DNA of 54,833 nt, from contig NW_021835212.1 in assembly GCF_006345805.1 (NCBI RefSeq), positions 1-54,833 on the forward strand. Reading direction: 5' to 3'. Shown here piece after piece: positions 52,045-54,833 of the stretch. This DNA comes from Octopus sinensis (lineage: Eukaryota). The position numbers and the translations under genes are program-made. The stretch's first letter is position 1. Each line of letters opens with the position of its first letter. Under the pieces are notes generated by a model. The model did no database searches. It was not told the origin of the DNA and worked only from the letters and a program-made list of their open reading frames with translations.

Positions 52045-52250
52045 TTGAACCGTTGATCCCTAGACATTCTTTTTTTCGCTCCGATTTTTTTCGTTCTCTC
52101 TCCATTTTTCTTCTATCAATCCTTTCTGTCGAAGAGCACAGGCTCGAAATGTCAAAGACTTTTCCATTCTTCCCGAGCGTTAAACTAGTACACCTGCTTG
52201 TTTTACCTCCACCTGTCTTCGTCTTTTGCTTTCTGTAAATTTGAACTACA
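52045..52250 (+). mobile_element. Short repeat containing a hammerhead-like motif, copy 2
   Basis: Homologous to 30612-30805. Motif at 52122-52157: CUUU-CUGUCGA-A-GAGC-ACAG-GCUC-GAAAU-GUC-AAAG. Confidence 0.6.
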
Positions 52251-52290
52251 TACACACACACACAAACACACACACACAAACACATGTATT

Positions 52291-52357
<67 letters not shown>

Positions 52358-52359
52358 TT

Positions 52360-52580
52360 ATCTTTTACTTGTATCATTCATTAGACTGCGGCCATGTTAG
52401 TTCACCACCTTTAAGGCTATAGTCCAAGAAGTTGACCCCGGCACGCATTTTATATTTTAATTGTTTTTTTAAAAATTTTATTTTAATGTGGTATTTATTC
52501 TATGCGTCTCTCTTTTTTACCGAATCGCTAAATTACGGAGACGTAACCAAATAAACAGTGGGTTTGAAGCAATGTAAGAG
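52360..52580 (-). mobile_element. SINE family A 3' fragment
   Basis: TTTTACTTGTATCATTCATTAGACTGCGGCCATG...TTTTACCGAATCGCTAAATTACGGAGACGTAA. Confidence 0.7.
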
Positions 52581-52949
52581 AGCAAACACACACACACACA
52601 CACACACACAGACACACACAAACATGCCTACCTACTTACATATCCATATATCCAGCTATTCTTCCATCCACCCACCCACCCATCCATCCATCCATACATA
52701 CATCCATACATATAAACATACATACAGAGTGCTCGAGCTAAATTATGACAGTTTGCATAAAAAAAGAGGGACGCAGAGTATCCCATCCAAAAATAATAGT
52801 ATTTTCAAAAAACCCCAGAAAATCAAGTATGACTGGGAGATAATAATTTATTCAAAGTAGCCACCTTCAGCTTTCACCACAGCCTCAAGACGGGTTTCGG
52901 AACATGGTGCATACGTTCATCACTGTAACCTTGGAAAGATCTTTCGAGC

Positions 52950-53140
52950 CCCTCCATTCCCAGTCACTAACGGTGTGACGCAGGGCTTTATATTCGCACC
53001 TAGTCTGTTCAACATGATGTTTTCGAACATGCTGACGAGTGCCAAGATCAGATTCAGGACTGATGTCAGGCTCTTCAACCGGCAGAGACTACAGGCCAAG
53101 ACCAAGAGGAAAGAAGACTCGGTGCATAATTCCTGTTCGC
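52950..53140 (+). mobile_element. Internal RTE LINE RT fragment
   Basis: PFPVTNGVTQGFIFAPSLFNMMFSNML..IRFRTDVRLFNRQRLQAKTK..DSVH.FLFA; homologous to 43720-43925; no 3' tail. Confidence 0.88.
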
Positions 53141-53349
53141 GTGACTTCCTGTTCAGCCTTGATGTTGCAGGTAGAACGGTTGATGTCTTTCTCAACCACG
53201 CCTTACACACAATAATCCATGGGATTACAATCGGAGGAATTGGGTATCTGGAAACTTGGGCTGATGAAGTAGTAGAATTTCTTCGATAATCACTTCTGAC
53301 TTCTTCCAGAAGTATGACAAGGAGCTAAATCCTGCTGCCACACATATGG

Positions 53350-53836
53350 CCTGCCAGCGGCACTACTCTCCAGCCAGAGTGTCCTGCCAGCGGCACTACT
53401 CTCCAGCCAGAGTTTGACAACAGTGTCCTGCCAGCGGCACTACTCTCCAGCCAGAGTTTGACAACAGTTTCCTGCCAGCGGCACTACTCTCCAGCCAGAG
53501 TTTGACAACAGTTTCCTGCCAGCGGCACTACTCTCCAGCCAGAGTTTGACAACAGTGTCCTGCCAGCGGCACTACTCTCCAGCCAGAGTTTGACAACAGT
53601 GTCCTGCCAGCGGCACTACTCTCCAGCCAGAGTTTGACAACAGTGTCCTGCCAGCGGCACTACTCTCCAGCCAGAGTTTGACAACAGTGTCCTGCCAGCG
53701 ACACTACTACTCCCAGCCAGAGTTTGACAACAGTGTCCTGCCAGCGACAATACCACTCTCCAGCCAGAGTTTGACAACAGTGTCCTGCCAGCGGCACTAC
53801 TCTCCAGCCAGAGTTTGACAACAGTGTCCTGCCAGC
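53350..53836. repeat. GC-rich 44-bp minisatellite, about 11 units
   Basis: Unit CCTGCCAGCGGCACTACTCTCCAGCCAGAGTTTGACAACAGTGT starts at 53350 (33-bp unit), 53383, 53427, 53471, 53515, 53559, 53603, 53647, 53691 (46), 53737 (47), 53784 and 53828 (partial). Confidence 0.98.
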
Positions 53837-54166
53837 TTGTCTGAATTGAGCCTAAAGCACTGTCCAAAGATGCGGGGATGAATAGTGGCATGTGGACTCA
53901 GTCATAATGCCCTCCGTGTCCCTTCGTGGTGGCCATGGCTTCATAGTCTCCATTGCAGCTGGCTATGTCACTGCTTATTGCCCTTACAGTGTTCACAGAG
54001 CATTGAGCAGCAGTCATGATGACTGCACTTTGATACCCAACATAAACCATCATTATACAGGTAGCTTTTTTATAATATCCAGTCGGCTTCCAGTCCTTGA
54101 CATCAGCTAAGTTTTACTCAACTAAAATTTTTATCTTCATGCTCTCCAATGTCATTCACAGTTCAC

Positions 54167-54708
<542 letters not shown>

Positions 54709-54833
54709 GATAGACGTATGTATGTGTGTGTGTATGTGTGTATGTGTGTGTGTATGTGTATTTGTGTGTGTTAGTCTGTGCGTATTATATACATACATAC
54801 ACAAATATATATATATATATATATATTCTAATC

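Larger units (their letters stand above)
52725..54165 (-). mobile_element. maT (DD37D) transposon remnant, interrupted by an RTE fragment and a self-derived minisatellite
   Basis: TA plus a CAGAGTG.. end at 52725. Minus-strand peptides: AAQCSVNTVRAI, MP.F..LRLNSD, TVVKLWLESSAAGRPYVWQQDLAPCHTS...PNSSDCNPMDY (exactly 37 residues between the Ds), CNIKAE, DLSKVTVMNVCTMFR-TRLEAVVKAEGGYFE*. The other TIR was not found, so the right boundary is approximate. Confidence 0.9.

Noticed and set aside
53350-53836. 44-bp array as CRISPR repeats
   Set aside because: The units are contiguous with no variable spacers and derive from the flanking transposase ORF.

Overview
AT-rich, microsatellite-saturated animal genomic DNA. 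The tRNA-head SINE families and the (TA)n/(TATG)n/(TATC)n load point to a coleoid cephalopod, most likely Octopus (inference). No intact long protein-coding ORF is present, and almost all listed ORFs are translated microsatellites. The window is a graveyard of mobile elements: two full-length mariners (DD34D), a Tc1, a Tc3-like fragment, a DD37D (maT) element, several MITEs (mariner-derived, TA-TSD, hAT/Charlie-like, 9-bp-TSD MULE-like), Helitron 3' ends, R4/Dong-like, RTE, Penelope-like and other LINE fragments, and four SINE families. The most notable observations are: (1) two diverged copies of a short repeat carrying a minimal hammerhead-ribozyme architecture with a shared non-canonical core (CUGUCGA); (2) a 44-bp minisatellite that is an amplified piece of a maT transposase ORF, in an element that also captured an internal RTE fragment; (3) a SINE trimer inside one 22-bp TSD; (4) a SINE tail shared with a neighbouring LINE-like 3' end; (5) a head-to-head inverted RTE; (6) a cluster of Dong-like elements in (TAA)n; (7) a low-confidence chain of small, frame-compatible exons whose peptide loosely recalls the C-terminal half of a TBC (Rab-GAP) domain. 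All family calls come from hand translation and motif recall, not database searches. Boundaries of degenerate elements are approximate.
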